NCBI RefSeq assembly: GCF_018350175.1
Contig: NC_058368.1
Coordinates: 2,046,001 to 2,110,000 of the forward strand
Direction of reading: 5' to 3'
DNA: 64,000 nucleotides
DNA from: Felis catus
Taxonomy: Eukaryota
The translations under genes were made by a program, and so were the position numbers. Shown piece by piece: positions 51,576 to 64,000 of this stretch. The notes under the pieces are model-generated. The model made no database searches, was not told the origin of the DNA, and was given only the letters and a program-made list of their open reading frames with translations. Positions within the stretch are counted from its first letter, which is position 1. Each line of letters begins with the position of its first letter.

Positions 51576-51798
51576 GGGGCATCTGGGTGGCTCAGTCGGT
51601 TAAGCAACTGACTTCAGCTCAGGTCATGATCTCACGGTTTGTGGGTTCGAGCCCCGCATGCGGCTCTGTGCTGACAGCTCAGAGCCTGGAGCCTGCTTCA
51701 GATTCTGTGTCTCCCTCTCTCTCTCCCCGTGCCCTGCTCATTCTCTGTCTCTCTCTGTCTCTCAAAAATAAATAAATATTAAAAAAAAATTAAAAAAA
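51576..51798 (+). mobile_element. CAN-SINE
   Basis: Full-length copy; TSD-like AAAA(G/C)AACGGTT on both flanks. Confidence 0.93.
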
Positions 51799-53524
51799 AC
51801 AACGGTTGTTGGTTCAGGATAACATTAACGTGCATGTACTGAGTATGTGTGTGTTACACATTTCTATTTTTATATTTAAAATACGTGTAAGTATATTTTC
51901 TAGAAAGTGAAAGCATCTCTTAAAGACCCCCCAGAAAACTGTTTTAGGGCAGCATGTCTGGCTTCTGGCCGGCCTTCAGGCTAATACAGCCTTCAGGTGG
52001 TGAGGGTCCCCTCCGGCTGCCTCACTGGGTAAGTTCCTGGTACCCCGGGAACACCGCGTGAGGGCTGGATTTGAACCTGGCTTGTGTGGTCTCGGGCCAC
52101 TTTGTGCCCTCTTGAGACCCTCGGTGAAGCGCTCGCTAGTCAAGCTGCGGGGCGATGCTGCCAGGACCCTGACCTCTGTCTGCATCCCTGACACGCCCCG
52201 AGTCTCCCCATCTGAAAAAGAAAAAAAGTGGGAAGAACGGTGATATTCATCTCACAAGGTTTTTGTAAGCCTGACACGAGTTAATTCACGTGAACGGCTG
52301 AACCACCTAACGTGGCTCATGCTGCTGCCGCCGCCAGAAACATCAGTGAATGAATGAATAAAACGGGGGGAACGTCTGCACAAAGGCCTTTGCCAGAAGA
52401 TCCCCCGTGGTTACCTCGCCACTAGCTCCGGGCAGAGTCGGGAGGGGACAGCCTGCGGGCAGCGGGAGCCCACAGCTTCTGGTCTCGGGCCCACGTCTCC
52501 TGCCCGTGGGCTCCCCGCAAACCCGGTGGGCCGATTCTGGAAAGCCTGCCAGACTCCCATTTTCGCTTTTCTCCTCTTTCTATTTTGTGTCACCCCCTGC
52601 CCCCCACCCCCCGGCGGGCCTTGCCTGTGGGCCAGGATCCGAGGCGGTGGGCGAGGGGCTTTGATGTTCAGAGGCCGCGTGGGAAAGTGGGTGGCGTGTG
52701 GATGGCAAGCTCAGCTGGGGAGAAGGGGAGAAGGCACCCCCACTCTTCTCCCACTGCGAGGGGAGTGAGGGGAGCGGGCAAGGCCCCTGTGAGCCTCTCG
52801 GGGCCCCAGAAAACCGAGTACAGGAGTTACTTCAGGACAAAACAAACACGAAGAGAACAGGAGAGAATTGTGTGAAAGTGGCTAAGCTGTGTCAGTCACT
52901 GCGTGTTGGCCAGAAAAATTCTAGGGTTTCTGATTAGAAGAAGAAGAAAAAAAAGTAACCGTTCCTCGCATTCTGCACGGAGGGAGGCTGCGTTTCATTT
53001 ACCAACAGGTTACAAAAATGAACTTTCAGGAAGGAAAAAAGACCCTCCAAAAGCATGAATGAGGTCAAGGCCCACTTCCAAAGGAAGCGCCTCCTCAGGG
53101 CAGTGTGGGGAGACGGTGGCGGCCAAGATGGGTTCCCAGCCTGGGGGACATCTAGACCCCACCGTGGGAGAGGAGGGTCCCTCTGGGAGGCGACTGGCTC
53201 CTCTTGGCTGTCGGAGGCCTTTGCCGCAAGAAGGCAGGGCCAGTCCCTTAATGCGGAAACGTTTCAGTGGTGGAGGATGAAAGCAAATGAAACAGCATCT
53301 TCTAGAAAGACCTGCTCTATTGACATGATCCAGAATACTGCGACTGAAATATTCTTAGGCAGCTTTAGACACACTAATATCTAAAATCATTAACCCGAGA
53401 GAAAACGTATCCAAGAGGTCGTGTTTCCAGGGAAGTATCCTCCCCTCGCACACAGGTTTCCACACATTTCTGACCTTTAAATTTCAGGAACTTGTTTTTT
53501 CTTGTTTTAAGGAAACACTTCTGC

Positions 53525-53680
53525 TGTGCGTCCCTACCCCCCCCAGCCCCAAAAGATATGATGAAACGCTAACCCCCAGCACCTCAGAATGTGACCTTAT
53601 CTGGAACCAGGGCTGCACCGAGGTCATTGGGGAGGGGCTCGTCCCATATGGCCGCTGTTCCCACAAAAAGGAGAGGTGTA
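53525..53680 (+). mobile_element. MLT1 LTR 5' fragment
   Basis: CCCAAAAGATATG...CTAACCCCCAGCACCTCAGAATGTGACCTTATCTGGAA. Confidence 0.7.
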
Positions 53681-54661
53681 CCTTCCTTCCTTCCTTCCTT
53701 CCTCCCTTCTTCTTTCCTTCCTTCCTTCCTTCCTTCCTTCCTTCCTTCCTTCCTTCCTTCCTTTCCTTCCTCCTTCCTTCCTTCCTTCCTTCCTCCCTCC
53801 CTCCCTTCCTTCCTTCCTTCCTTCCTTTCCTTCCTTCCTTCCTTCCTTCCTCCCTCCTTTCCTTCCTCCTTCCTTCCTTCCTTCCTTCCTTCCTTCCTTC
53901 CTTCCTCCCTTCTTCCTTCCTTCCTCCCTTCTTCCTTCCTTCCTCCCTCCTTCCTTCCTCCCTCCTTCCTTCCTCCCTCCTTCCTTCCTTCCTCCCTCCT
54001 TCTTCCTTCCTTCCTTCCTTCCTTCCTTCCTTCCTTCCTTCCTCCCTCCTTCCTCCTTCCTTCCTTCCTTCCTTCCTTCCTCCTTCCTTCCTCCTTCCTT
54101 CCTTCCTTCCTCCCTTCCTTCCTCCCTCCCTCCTTCCTCCTTCCTTCCTTTCCTTCTTTCCTTCCTTCCTTCTTCCTTCCTTCCTCCCTTCTTCCTTCCT
54201 TCCTTCCTTCCTTCCTTCCTTCCTTCCTTCCTTTCCTTGTTCCTTCCTTCCTTCCTCCCTTCTTCCTTCCTTCCTCCCTCCTTCCTTCCTCCTTCCTTCC
54301 TCCCTCCTTCCTTCTTCCCTCCTTCCTTCCTCCTTCCTTCCTTCCTTCCTCCCTCCTTCTTCCTTCCTTCCTTCCTTCCTCCCTCCCTCCTTCCTCCTTC
54401 CTTCCTTTCCTTCTTTCCTTCCTTCCTTCCTTCCTTCCTTCCTTCCTTCCTTCCTTCCTCTTTCCTTCCTCCCTCCTTCCTTCCTCCTTCCTTCCTTCCT
54501 CCTTCCTTCCTTCCTCCTTCCTTCCTTCCTTCCTTCCTCCCTTCTTCCTTCCTTCCTCCCTCCTTCCTTCCTTCCTTCCTTCCTTCCTTCCTTTCCTTCT
54601 TTCCTTCCTTCCTTCTTCTGTCCTTCCTTCCTTCCTTTCCTCCTCCTCCTCCTCCTCCTTT
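53681..54661. repeat. 981-bp degenerate (CCTT)n/(GGAA)n polypyrimidine-polypurine tract
   Basis: The plus strand is all C/T except for two G residues that I could find (54239, 54620). Confidence 0.98.
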
Positions 54662-54664
54662 GAC

Positions 54665-54820
54665 TTTCTCTTGCTTATTAGAGTAAAATGTACACATCCC
54701 GAATCTTGGATGCACAGCTCAATGAAGTTTTACATACGGGTCCACCTGTGTCGTCGCCGCCCAGGCCGAGACACCGAACGCTGCTGGCACCCTAGCAGTT
54801 TCCCCTGAGCCCCTCCTCAG
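54665..54820 (-). mobile_element. Old L1M 3'-terminal fragment
   Basis: AGTAAAATGTACACAT...TGCACAGCTCAATGAAGTTTTACATA motif of reverse L1M 3' ends. Confidence 0.6.
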
Positions 54821-56428
54821 GCTTCATTTGTTTAAATTTAGGAACAGATCACAAATACGTCTCAGGTCGGTCAATACAGACCTACACAATTATTTTCAGT
54901 TTTGGTACAGTATTCCATTTTATTTAACGGGTGTGTCATATTTACTTAACTACTGGTATATTTAGAGTCTTTCCAATTTTTAAGACTTTATAAATCGCCC
55001 TGACAGGCATTCTCACAGACACATCCTACCTCCTTTGTGTAATTATTCCCTCTAGGAGGTAGGGTTGCTGAATCGAAGGAATGCTCACTTTTTTAAAGTG
55101 TGCTGCGTACTGGCTAATGACCTCTCGGAGAAGTCCTACTGCTGGAGCCTCTCAGCAGCATCACACGCCCGTGCCCGCTTCCCCACGCCCTTCCGGGCAC
55201 TGAGGCCCAGAGCCCCCTCCTCGCCAGTCTTGTTTTCCCCGGTACCTTAGAAAGGCGGCTTGAGACCCCTCTCGAGAGAGCATTTCCGAGAGACTGCTAG
55301 ACAATTCAGGGAGACAGTGAACACCTGCACTGGTGCAGCGCATTTTCGGAGGCCAGAGGCTGAAGGAGCGACGGGGACAGCATATTGTTGGCGTGCGGTT
55401 GACAAGGCGGCCTCACACAGATGCTCTGTCGTCTCAGAAACTCGCTGAAGCCGCCACCGTTATCATTCTCAGTACTATTGTGGTTCCTGCTATTATCATC
55501 CTCCTAGGACAGATGAGAAGAAATTAAAAAGAGAATCGGAGAATCAGAGTTCACCGACTGTCTGAAATGAAATACCCAGCTGGCTACAGAGCCGGGACTG
55601 AAACCTAGATATTCTGACTCTCCCCCCTGCCCCCCACCCCAGGACTTCTTCCAGTCAAGCTGAGGGCTTTTGTTCATTTTTTATTTATTCGTTTCCTCCC
55701 ACCTTCCTCGGTCTGTGACACAATCGGATTTAGGGTGAGTGGAATATCTTCCTGTGCCAAGCAGGAAGAATTGACTCGACTTCAAGGGTTCAGTCCAGAA
55801 AACCCGGGATAGCATTGAAAGCTCCCACAGACAAAAAAAAAAAAAAAAAAAAAGGACAGTTTGAGCAACTGTGAGGACTTTTACTGCATTGGATGGAAAC
55901 ACTTTACAAATGTCTACATCTATGAATTCAAAAGGATACTAAAAACGGCAATGGTAACACCTTCATTGGTCACCTTCAGAGAATGCTAGGGACACGCTTA
56001 TTTTCAAGACTCGTAAATAAAAGGAAAGAATTAGGTATTTATTTCTGCCATTCCAGTATGAACTGTAGTACTGACTAATCAGAGAGGGACAAGCGGAGGC
56101 TTCTATTGACAAAGTATTCCAGCTAATAAATGGAGAAGACAAGTCCGAGTGTCACCACTCTGTGACCTTTGCATGGGCTCTAGGCAAGAAGCATCAATGG
56201 CTGATAAACACACAAAAAAAGACAGACAAGCAGACCCTTTGTGTGAAAGGACACACTACCACCTGTGAAGTATTCTTGCCAAAGATTTAAAACTTAAACC
56301 TGATCCCACATCTCAATCTAACTACTGATTTCTGGGAAATAGAGGGGACACGGAAACTTGCTAAGTGACATTACATCGGGCTACAGTGAGAAACGTTTCC
56401 CGCTTTCTTCATCAGAAATTTGCAAAGA

Positions 56429-56628
56429 GGGGCGCCTGGGTGGCTCGGTCAGTTAAGCGTCTGACTTCGGCTCAGGGCATGATCTCATGGTTCATCAGTT
56501 CAAGCCCCGCATCGGGCTCTGTGCTGACAGCTCAGGGCCTGGAGCCTGCCTTTGGATTCTGTGTCTCCCTCTCTCTCTGCCCCTGACCACCCCTTCTTTC
56601 TCAAAAATAAATAAATATTTAAAAAATG
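56429..56628 (+). mobile_element. CAN-SINE
   Basis: Consensus head, body and AAATAAATAAA tail. Confidence 0.92.
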
Positions 56629-56799
56629 TGTTAATGTTTTAAAATATTAGAGAAAACCTAAACGCAGGAAAGTTAATATTTTTGGTGCAACCCTGGGATG
56701 GGATACTATACTTCCGTTACGAATGAAGATGTTCCCAATATGTTGTATATGATAAAAGCAGCTTATAAAGGTAATTTTTATTATGAAAAAAATTTAAAT

Positions 56800-58640
56800 T
56801 ATTTTGTTTTATTTTTTTCATCGTGATAAGTGTACCTTTTAATCCCCAGCACCTATTTCACCCATCCCCCCACCTAGCTCCTTCCTGCCGCAAATCAGTC
56901 TGTTCTCTATAGTTAAGAGTCTCTTGGTTTGTCTCTTTTTCCCTTTGCTCATTTGTTTTTTTTCTTAAGCTCCACATGTGAGTAAAATCATATGGTATTT
57001 GTCTTTCTTTGACTTAGTTTGCTCAGCATTATGCTCTTTAGCTCCATCTATGTCATTGCAAATGGCAAGATTTCATTCTTTTTTATGGCTGAGTAGTATT
57101 CCATTGTATACATGCTACATCTTCTTTATCCATTCATCTATCGATGGACACTTGAGCTGCTTCATAATCTGGCTATTGTAGATAATGCTGCTATAAACAT
57201 CGGGGTGCATGTATCCCTTTGAATTAGCATTTTTGTATTTTTTGAGTAAATCCCCAGGAGTGCACTTCCTGGATCGTAGGGTTGTTCTATTTTTAATTTT
57301 TTGAGGAAGGTCCATACTGTTTCCCATGGTGGCTGCAACAGTCTGCATTCCCACCAATAGTGCATGCATGAGGGTTCCTTTTTCTCCGCATCCTCACCAA
57401 CAATCGTTGTGTCTTGTGTTTTGGATTTTGGCCATTGTTATAGGTGTGAGGTGACATCTCATTGTGGTTTTAATTTATATCTCCCTGACGATGAATGATG
57501 TTGAGAATGTTTTCACGTGTCTGTTGGCCATCTGGATGTCTTCTTTGAAGAAGTGTCTGTTCTTGCCTTCTGCCCATTTTTTAATTGGATTATTTGTTTT
57601 GTTGGATGTTGAGTTGTATCAGGTCTTTTTCTATTTAGGATATTAACCCTTATTAGATATGTCACTTGCAAATACCGTCTCCCATTCCATAGATTACGTT
57701 TTAGTTTTATTGGTTGTTTCTTTTGCTGTGCAGAAACTTTTTATTTTGATGTAGTCCCAAGAGTTTATTTTTGCTTTTTTTTCCCTTGTTCAGGAGACAC
57801 ATCTAGAAAAATGTTGCTACAGCTGATGTCAGAGATTATTTCCTGTGCTCTCTTCTAGGATTTTTATGGTTTCAGGTCTTACACTTAGTCTTTAATCCAT
57901 TCTGAGTTTATTTTTGTGTACAGGGTAAGACAGTGTTCCAGCATCATTCTTTTGCATGTAGTTGTCCACTTTTCCCAATGCCATTTGTTGAAGAGACGGT
58001 CTTGTTCCCATCTTATATTTATTTCTCCTTTGTCAAAGATGAATTGACAATATAAGTGTGAATTTATTTCTGGGTTTTCTGTTCTATTCCCTGATCTATG
58101 TATCTCTTTTTATGCCAGTACCGTATTGTTTTAATTACTATCACTTCATAATGTAACTTGAAATTTGGAATTGCGATGCCTCCAGTTTCATTTTTCTTTC
58201 TCAAGATTGCTTTGGCTATTCGGGGTCTGTGTGTTTGTGGTTCCATACAAATTTTAGGATTGTTTGTTCCAGTTCTGTGAAAAAAAAATGCTGTTGGCAT
58301 TTTGATAGGGGATTCCATTAAATGTGTAGATTGCTTTGAAGAGTATAGACATTTTACCAATATTTGTTCTTCCAATCCATCAGCGTGGAATATCTCCATT
58401 TCTTTGTGTCGTCTTCAATGCCTTTCATCAGTATTTTCTAATTTTCAGAGTACAGGTCTTTCACCTCCTTGGTTAAGTTCAGTCCTAGATATTTTGTTGG
58501 TTTCAGTGCAATGGTAAATGGGATTGTTTTCTTAATTTCTCTTTCTGCTGCTTCATTATTGGTGTACAGGCATGCAACAGATTTCTGTACATTGATTTGT
58601 ATCCTATGACTTTCCTGAGGTTATTTATCAGTGTAAAGGT
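56800..58640 (-). mobile_element. Carnivore L1 3' ~1.8 kb (decayed ORF2 C-terminus plus 3'UTR)
   Basis: ORF2 peptides HYWWECRLLQPPWETVW...[12 protein letters not shown] and RPRIAKAILRKKNETGGIAIPNFKLHY. Confidence 0.93.
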
Positions 58641-59008
58641 AGTTTTTAACTTAATTAAAATATTGTAAAGATATTGAATGCCCATTGTAAAAAGAAACTC
58701 AGATAATGCCAATGGGAGTAAAGTTCCCATCGCCTCCATCTCCACTAATAGCACTCAATTCCTCTTTCTCGTATAGATTTTTTTCAAAGTTACTGATAAT
58801 GTAAATGTATATTTCTAAACTCTAATGGAAGCCTTTTACTTAATAAAAATATTAACTACTAATATAAATTAGTAGTTATTTTTTTTACTCTTTCTACATC
58901 AATTTTACATGGAGAAAGCATTATTTTTTGTTACAAATTTTCTGAAACTCTAAATTTATTGATTCAACAAATGTTTATTGGGTGACCTACATGTCTCAGA
59001 AACTGTGG

Positions 59009-59009
59009 A

Positions 59010-59051
<42 letters not shown>
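59009..59051. repeat. Compound (GT)n(GA)n microsatellite
   Basis: Read directly. Confidence 0.9.
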
Positions 59052-59232
59052 AGCCATAACGAATAAGACAAATATCTTAATCTCGTCCACAAAGCTTAGA
59101 AACTAGTAAAGGAAATACATATGAAACAATAAGTCAATCTAATATGGTAGAAAGAAAGCTTTTTATTAAAGCCAGGAAAGCAGGCAAGGGGGTGTTTCTC
59201 TGGGAGAAACTATGTTTATTTACAAAAATATC

Positions 59233-59445
59233 TTTTTAAAAAATGTTTATTTTTTTATTTATTTTAAAAGAGAGTGAGCAAGCGGGGGATGGACAGAGAG
59301 AGAGAGAGAGAGAGAGAATCCTAGGCAGGCTCCGCACTGTCAGCACCGAGTCGGATACGAGGCTCAGTCCCAGGAACCGTGAGATCATGACTTGAGGCGA
59401 AATGAAGAGTCGGCAGCTCAACCGAATGACCCACCCAGGGCCCCC
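59233..59445 (-). mobile_element. CAN-SINE
   Basis: Reverse consensus with GA tract. Confidence 0.88.
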
Positions 59446-59999
59446 AAAAATCTCTTGATGAACTTTCTTCGTATGAAAAACCACACGCTTAGAGTGCTTT
59501 AATGGACTTATTCAGTGGTTCTCAAACCTGGTTGCATATTAGCATAACCTAGGTCAATGAAAACAAAACGAAACCTGATGCTTGAGCTCCACCACCGGAA
59601 CTTCTGATTTCACTGCTGGAAGGCCCCAAACATAGGATTCTGTGGTGCTTCCTGGGTGTTTCTAATGGCTGAGTCTAAGAGTGTATTTAATTTGCTCTGC
59701 TGCAATGTGAAACCACTCTACCCCCTCCTACCACCACCAGCACGGCTACCAACTTTTTAGGAAAGTTGAAACACATCACCTTGTAGTCCGTTCAGTAAAA
59801 GAACAGGGATCAAGAGCACCTCCAAGTAGCTGTCAAATTGTGTCCACATGTACAGTTAGCAAAACGCAGGTAACTTGCATGCAACTATATAGGGATTTGG
59901 ATACAGAAATGATCAAGAGGAATTTAGGTTCCCTACTCATTCCTGAAATACTTAGAATATTCCAAACTTCCACATGTAGAGTGAAAGTTCAACCCATTT

Positions 60000-60305
60000 G
60001 TATTTATTTATTTATTTGTGTTTTTATTGAAGTATGGTTAACATACAGTATTAGATTAGGTGCAATACAACATATTGATTCCACAATTCTATATATTACT
60101 CAGTGCTCATCAACATGGGTGTGCTGTTTCATTCAGCCCCACTCATCCCCCTCTGGCAACCACCAGTTTGTTCTCCATATTTAGGAGTCTGGTTTTTGGT
60201 TTATCTCTTTTTTTTCCTTGTTTTGTTTCTTAAATTCCACATATGAGTAAAATCAAATGGTATTTGCCTTTCTCTGATTTATTCCACTTAACATAATACC
60301 TTGTA
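60000..60305 (-). mobile_element. Carnivore L1 3'-end fragment
   Basis: TTTATTGAAGTATGGTTAACATACAG...CCCTCTGGCAACCACCAGTTTGTTCTC...ATTCCACATATGAGT. Confidence 0.8.
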
Positions 60306-60375
60306 TATTCTCTTAATAGGCATCTTCTGGTCACATACAAATGTTTAGGCATTACTGCTTGCAAGTTTCTCTTTT

Positions 60376-60402
60376 TTTAAAACTTTTAAACATTTATTTA
60401 TT

Positions 60403-60443
<41 letters not shown>

Positions 60444-60607
60444 ACACTAGCAGGGGAGGAGGAGGAAGAGGGAGGCACACAATCTGAGGCAGGCTCCAGG
60501 CTCTGAGCTGTCAGCCCAGAGCCCGATGCGGGGCTCGAACTCACAAACTGTGAGATTCTGACCTGAACCAAAGTCCGATGTTTAACTGACTGAGCCACCC
60601 AGGCACC
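60376..60607 (-). mobile_element. CAN-SINE
   Basis: 18-bp TSD CTTGCAAGTTTCTCTTTT (60358-60375, 60608-60625). Confidence 0.94.
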
Positions 60608-60929
60608 CTTGCAAGTTTCTCTTTTGACTTAACATATCATGGATGCTTTTCCATGTCAGTTAAAGTTATCTCATTTCTTCAAACAACTGTACAAAATTCC
60701 ATTTTATGTTCCCACGAGGGAACATTTTTTTAACCAGTCCCTATTGATGGACATTTAGTTTATGATTTTCACTATTACTTTAAAAATGCTGTAAAACATC
60801 CTTATCCATTTATTTTTACCTTATTTTGTAAGCATTTTCTGTAGGACAAATTCCTGGAAATGGGAATTCCTGTGCATACAACCCCATGTTATTGTTAAAA
60901 GTGTCTGTATACAGGCAATATTTTTTCAT

Positions 60930-61112
60930 TAAATTTTTAAAATATTTATTTATTTTTGAGGGGGGAGAGGCAGAGAGAGGGGGAGACACAGAATCTGAGC
61001 CAGAATCCCAGCTCTGAACTGTCAGCACAGAGCCTGACGTGGGGCTCAAACCCATGAACCATGAGATTATGACCTGAGCCCAAGTCGGACGCTGAACTGA
61101 GCCACCCAGGTG
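60930..61112 (-). mobile_element. CAN-SINE
   Basis: Reverse consensus body. Confidence 0.88.
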
Positions 61113-61769
61113 GTATTTTAACATATAAACTCATTCTCATTAGTTCCTTTTTATCCCACATTCCCTTCCATCTTTACATCCAGATGATGAGACATGTTTA
61201 CTGCCATTGAGAGGGCCACAACTCAAAGTAATGTGTCATCAAAATAGACTTTTGATGCTCATGACAGAGACAGAAGCTTTGAGAGAGCCTATTTTTTGAG
61301 TTACCAAAAGCCAGTCTGAAGGCCAAACTTGCCAAGTTTATGCCATAAACAACTGATTCAGGAAAATTTTGTGATGATGTAAGAGCAAGTTCTACCTAAG
61401 AGGAGATTAAAGGTCACCGGGGAGAGGATGAACTTCCGAGATGAAGACAAGAGCCATGGAGTCACCCTTTGATGGTGTCTCCAAAAAGCAGTCTGGCTCA
61501 GCCCTGATGAAAGCTGACGGCTGCCTTGGAAAGGACCGAGGGGATCCCACATCTCGGGGAGGCCATAAGGCCCTCTGAGGAGTCCCAGGCCCCTCAAGGC
61601 ACCAGAGCTGTACAGTGGCCTGGCTGGGTGAGGTTCCTGAGCAGATGGCCTAAGGACAGCATCATGCAGTCCTTCCTAGCACAGCATGAAAGGGATGTGG
61701 AGGTGGCTGAGAGAAGGGACAAGGAGGACTCAGAAAACACAGACACTTGACCAAAGACCGCGAGGGACC

Positions 61770-62860
61770 AGGGCCATCCAGCTGAGGGCTAGGAATAGAG
61801 CAGTGAACAAAACTGATGCAGGCCTTCCCTTCACAGAACCTGCAGACTACCCCGGATGACAGCAAACAGTTGGACAATTATCACACGGGAATACGATGTA
61901 ACATATTGGCATATCTAGCTTCCTACAGTAAATGATGTCTACGCTGAGACTTGAAGGGGGAATAGAAATCTGCTCGGTACAGGTACATGGGGATAGTCTT
62001 CGGGCAGAATAAACATAGTACAAAGGCTCAGGGCCAGAAGATGGAATATTTGGGGGCCTGGCTAGAGAGACAAGGTATAGCTAACGACGTAGGCAGGAGC
62101 CAGTTACAGAGAACTTAGAACACTGCATTAATTGATCTGCGTTTTGTCCTGAAGGCACAGGGGAGCCATTGGAAGATGACCTATTTCCATCATCTATTTT
62201 TTTAAGTTCGCTGCTTTATTAATTAACTAAATCTACAGCTAAATTGCCAATGAAAACTCTAAGATATAAAGTAATCACAAAAAGGTCGGGAATTAACATC
62301 ACCAGAGTTATTGTTAAGGCAAGAATGTCACATCATTGAAACTAAAATGTCAAAACCAATCAACCATTTAGGATGTGATGACAATAACATCATTGAGAGT
62401 TTAAGATGACTAAGGGGCACTAAATGATTTGAAGCAGGGAATGCCATGACTAGCTTTATGTATTTAAAAAAACACACACACACACATAAGAGCACTCGGG
62501 CTGTTGTGTGGAGAAAGGAATGGAGGCGGCAAGCCTGGAAACAATGAGACCAGGCAAGAGAGCTGGAGACCCAAACCGGGCTAGAAACTAGGGCAACCCT
62601 ACATCCTATTCCCCAGACCCGGGTTTGCCTAGAACTGACCAAGTTTATGCCTGTTGTCCTCTCTTGCCATCTGTTGGAGCACCTTTCACTCTTCAACACA
62701 TCCCAGTTTGGAAGCTCCAATAGTGGTTGGCAGTTGAGGGGGAGAGAAGCCATTCGAGAGCCCTTTGGGACATGGAACTGACAGGGCTCGGTGATGGGTC
62801 AGATGTGGGGGTGAGGCAGGATGACTCCCAGGGCTGTGGTGTGAGCAGTGGGTGCTGTTC
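61770..62860 (-). mobile_element. L2 remnants (fragmented)
   Basis: GCAGTGAACAAAAC..., GTACAAAGGCTCAG, GAAGGCACAGGGGAGCCATTGGAAG and GATGACTCCCAGG motifs. Confidence 0.55.
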
Positions 62861-64000
62861 AGGATATAGGGAGCACTGGTGTAGTAGGTTTGCTACTTCA
62901 GGGGCCCTCCCACCTGGAGGGATGAGTAGGGCTTGGCTTTGGCAGGGGAGGAGGAGTTTTCCAGCCGGGAGAGCAAGTACAATGGCACAGAAGCAGGAAG
63001 CAAAATGTCACCTTTAGAGACAATTCAAGTATTTTGTTTTACAGGGGAAGCGAGCATCCTGGTGTGAAGGGGGGAGGAAGGAATGGTCAGGGGCCTGGGG
63101 TACGGAGTTTAGCAGGGTCCTGCATGGGCAGCCTGAGACTTGCCGTGGCTCTGTGTTAGGTTCTCACCCTGGGATTCCCACACTTAAAAAACACTGGGTG
63201 AAGCCTTCCTCTATCTCTTTTTTCTGCTTTTCTCTAGCAGGAAAACATCAACAACCAGAACCTTCATCAAACGTGGGATGGCAAACTGTCCCACAAGCCT
63301 AGACTACTATATCTGGACTCTTATATGAAAAAGAAAGGAACATCTGTATCATTTAGGGCTTTGTTTTTTAAATCTTTTTGTTATAGAAATCTAACCTGTG
63401 TACTAAAAAACAGTAGGTGTTAATAAACCTATTTAGACATTTTAAATAGAAGTCCCTGCTATTTACTGACATGCTACCCTTAAATAATTCTAATCTCTTC
63501 AGTTCCCAAAGTCCTGGGCCTTTAGCTGAAAGCCTGGACTTTGGCCAAACAGCGCAGAAGATGAGCTCCTCATTGAGGGCTCGGGGAAACCAGGAAACAG
63601 AAGGGAAGAACGTAATGCTGAGAACTGGCCTTCAGGGCAGAGCCAATCCGATGGGGACCCCAGGGTTGGAATGAGCCAAGTTTCCCTTCTAAGTGTCTGT
63701 GGATGTGCTGAGCCACACTGGGGACCCACAGTGGAAAACTGCTCAAGTTTGGGCCTCTCTGTTAGGCTCAAGAGACAAATCATTAATAAGTAATGAATGA
63801 TGAATGGGCTTCAGGAGGCTCTGGAGAAAAACACAGATGCCCATCTACTTGTAGGACCCACAGGGGAATGTCTCTCCTATGATGAAGTCCTCGGGGGATT
63901 GAGAAGTTTCTTAAGATCTCCAACTATGCACACTCTATGTATTGGGCACTAACTGGGTGCCAGACAAAGGATCAGGTATGAAAAATTAAATGCAGAGTCG

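Noticed and set aside
53591..54808. Three long ORFs (405, 363 and 336 aa)
   Set aside because: They are translations of the (CCTT)n tract, which cannot contain stop codons; the PSFL and KEGR repeats are not a real protein.

Overview
Mammalian genomic DNA, most likely a felid, judged from the carnivore tRNA-derived CAN-SINEs of the felid type and carnivore L1 3' ends. It holds the 5' end of the Hippo-pathway kinase gene LATS2 on the minus strand. The parts are a CpG-island promoter with non-coding exon 1 (~21472-21706), a ~12.7 kb intron 1, coding exon 2 (8235-8784, codons 1-113) and part of intron 2. The remaining ~42 kb is upstream intergenic DNA made mostly of SINEs, L1, L2, MIR, MaLR LTRs, hAT-type DNA transposon remnants and a 981-bp pure-pyrimidine (CCTT)n tract. 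I recognised no other protein-coding gene, no RNA gene and no CRISPR-like or prokaryotic system; nearly all other ORFs in the track are repeat or GC-composition artefacts. The most interesting signals are regulatory. (1) Two near-identical inverted SINEs bracket the AUG-containing exon 2; a back-spliced circle would fuse LATS2 1-113 in frame to a 5'UTR uORF (146 aa). (2) The 5' leader is packed with uORFs, including a 46-aa one in strong Kozak context. (3) The TSS carries a GTCACGTGAC palindrome beside 9-bp-phased TEAD/SOX-like motifs. (4) There is an apparent SINE-mediated 3' transduction. All calls were made by eye, so repeat boundaries and subfamily names are approximate.
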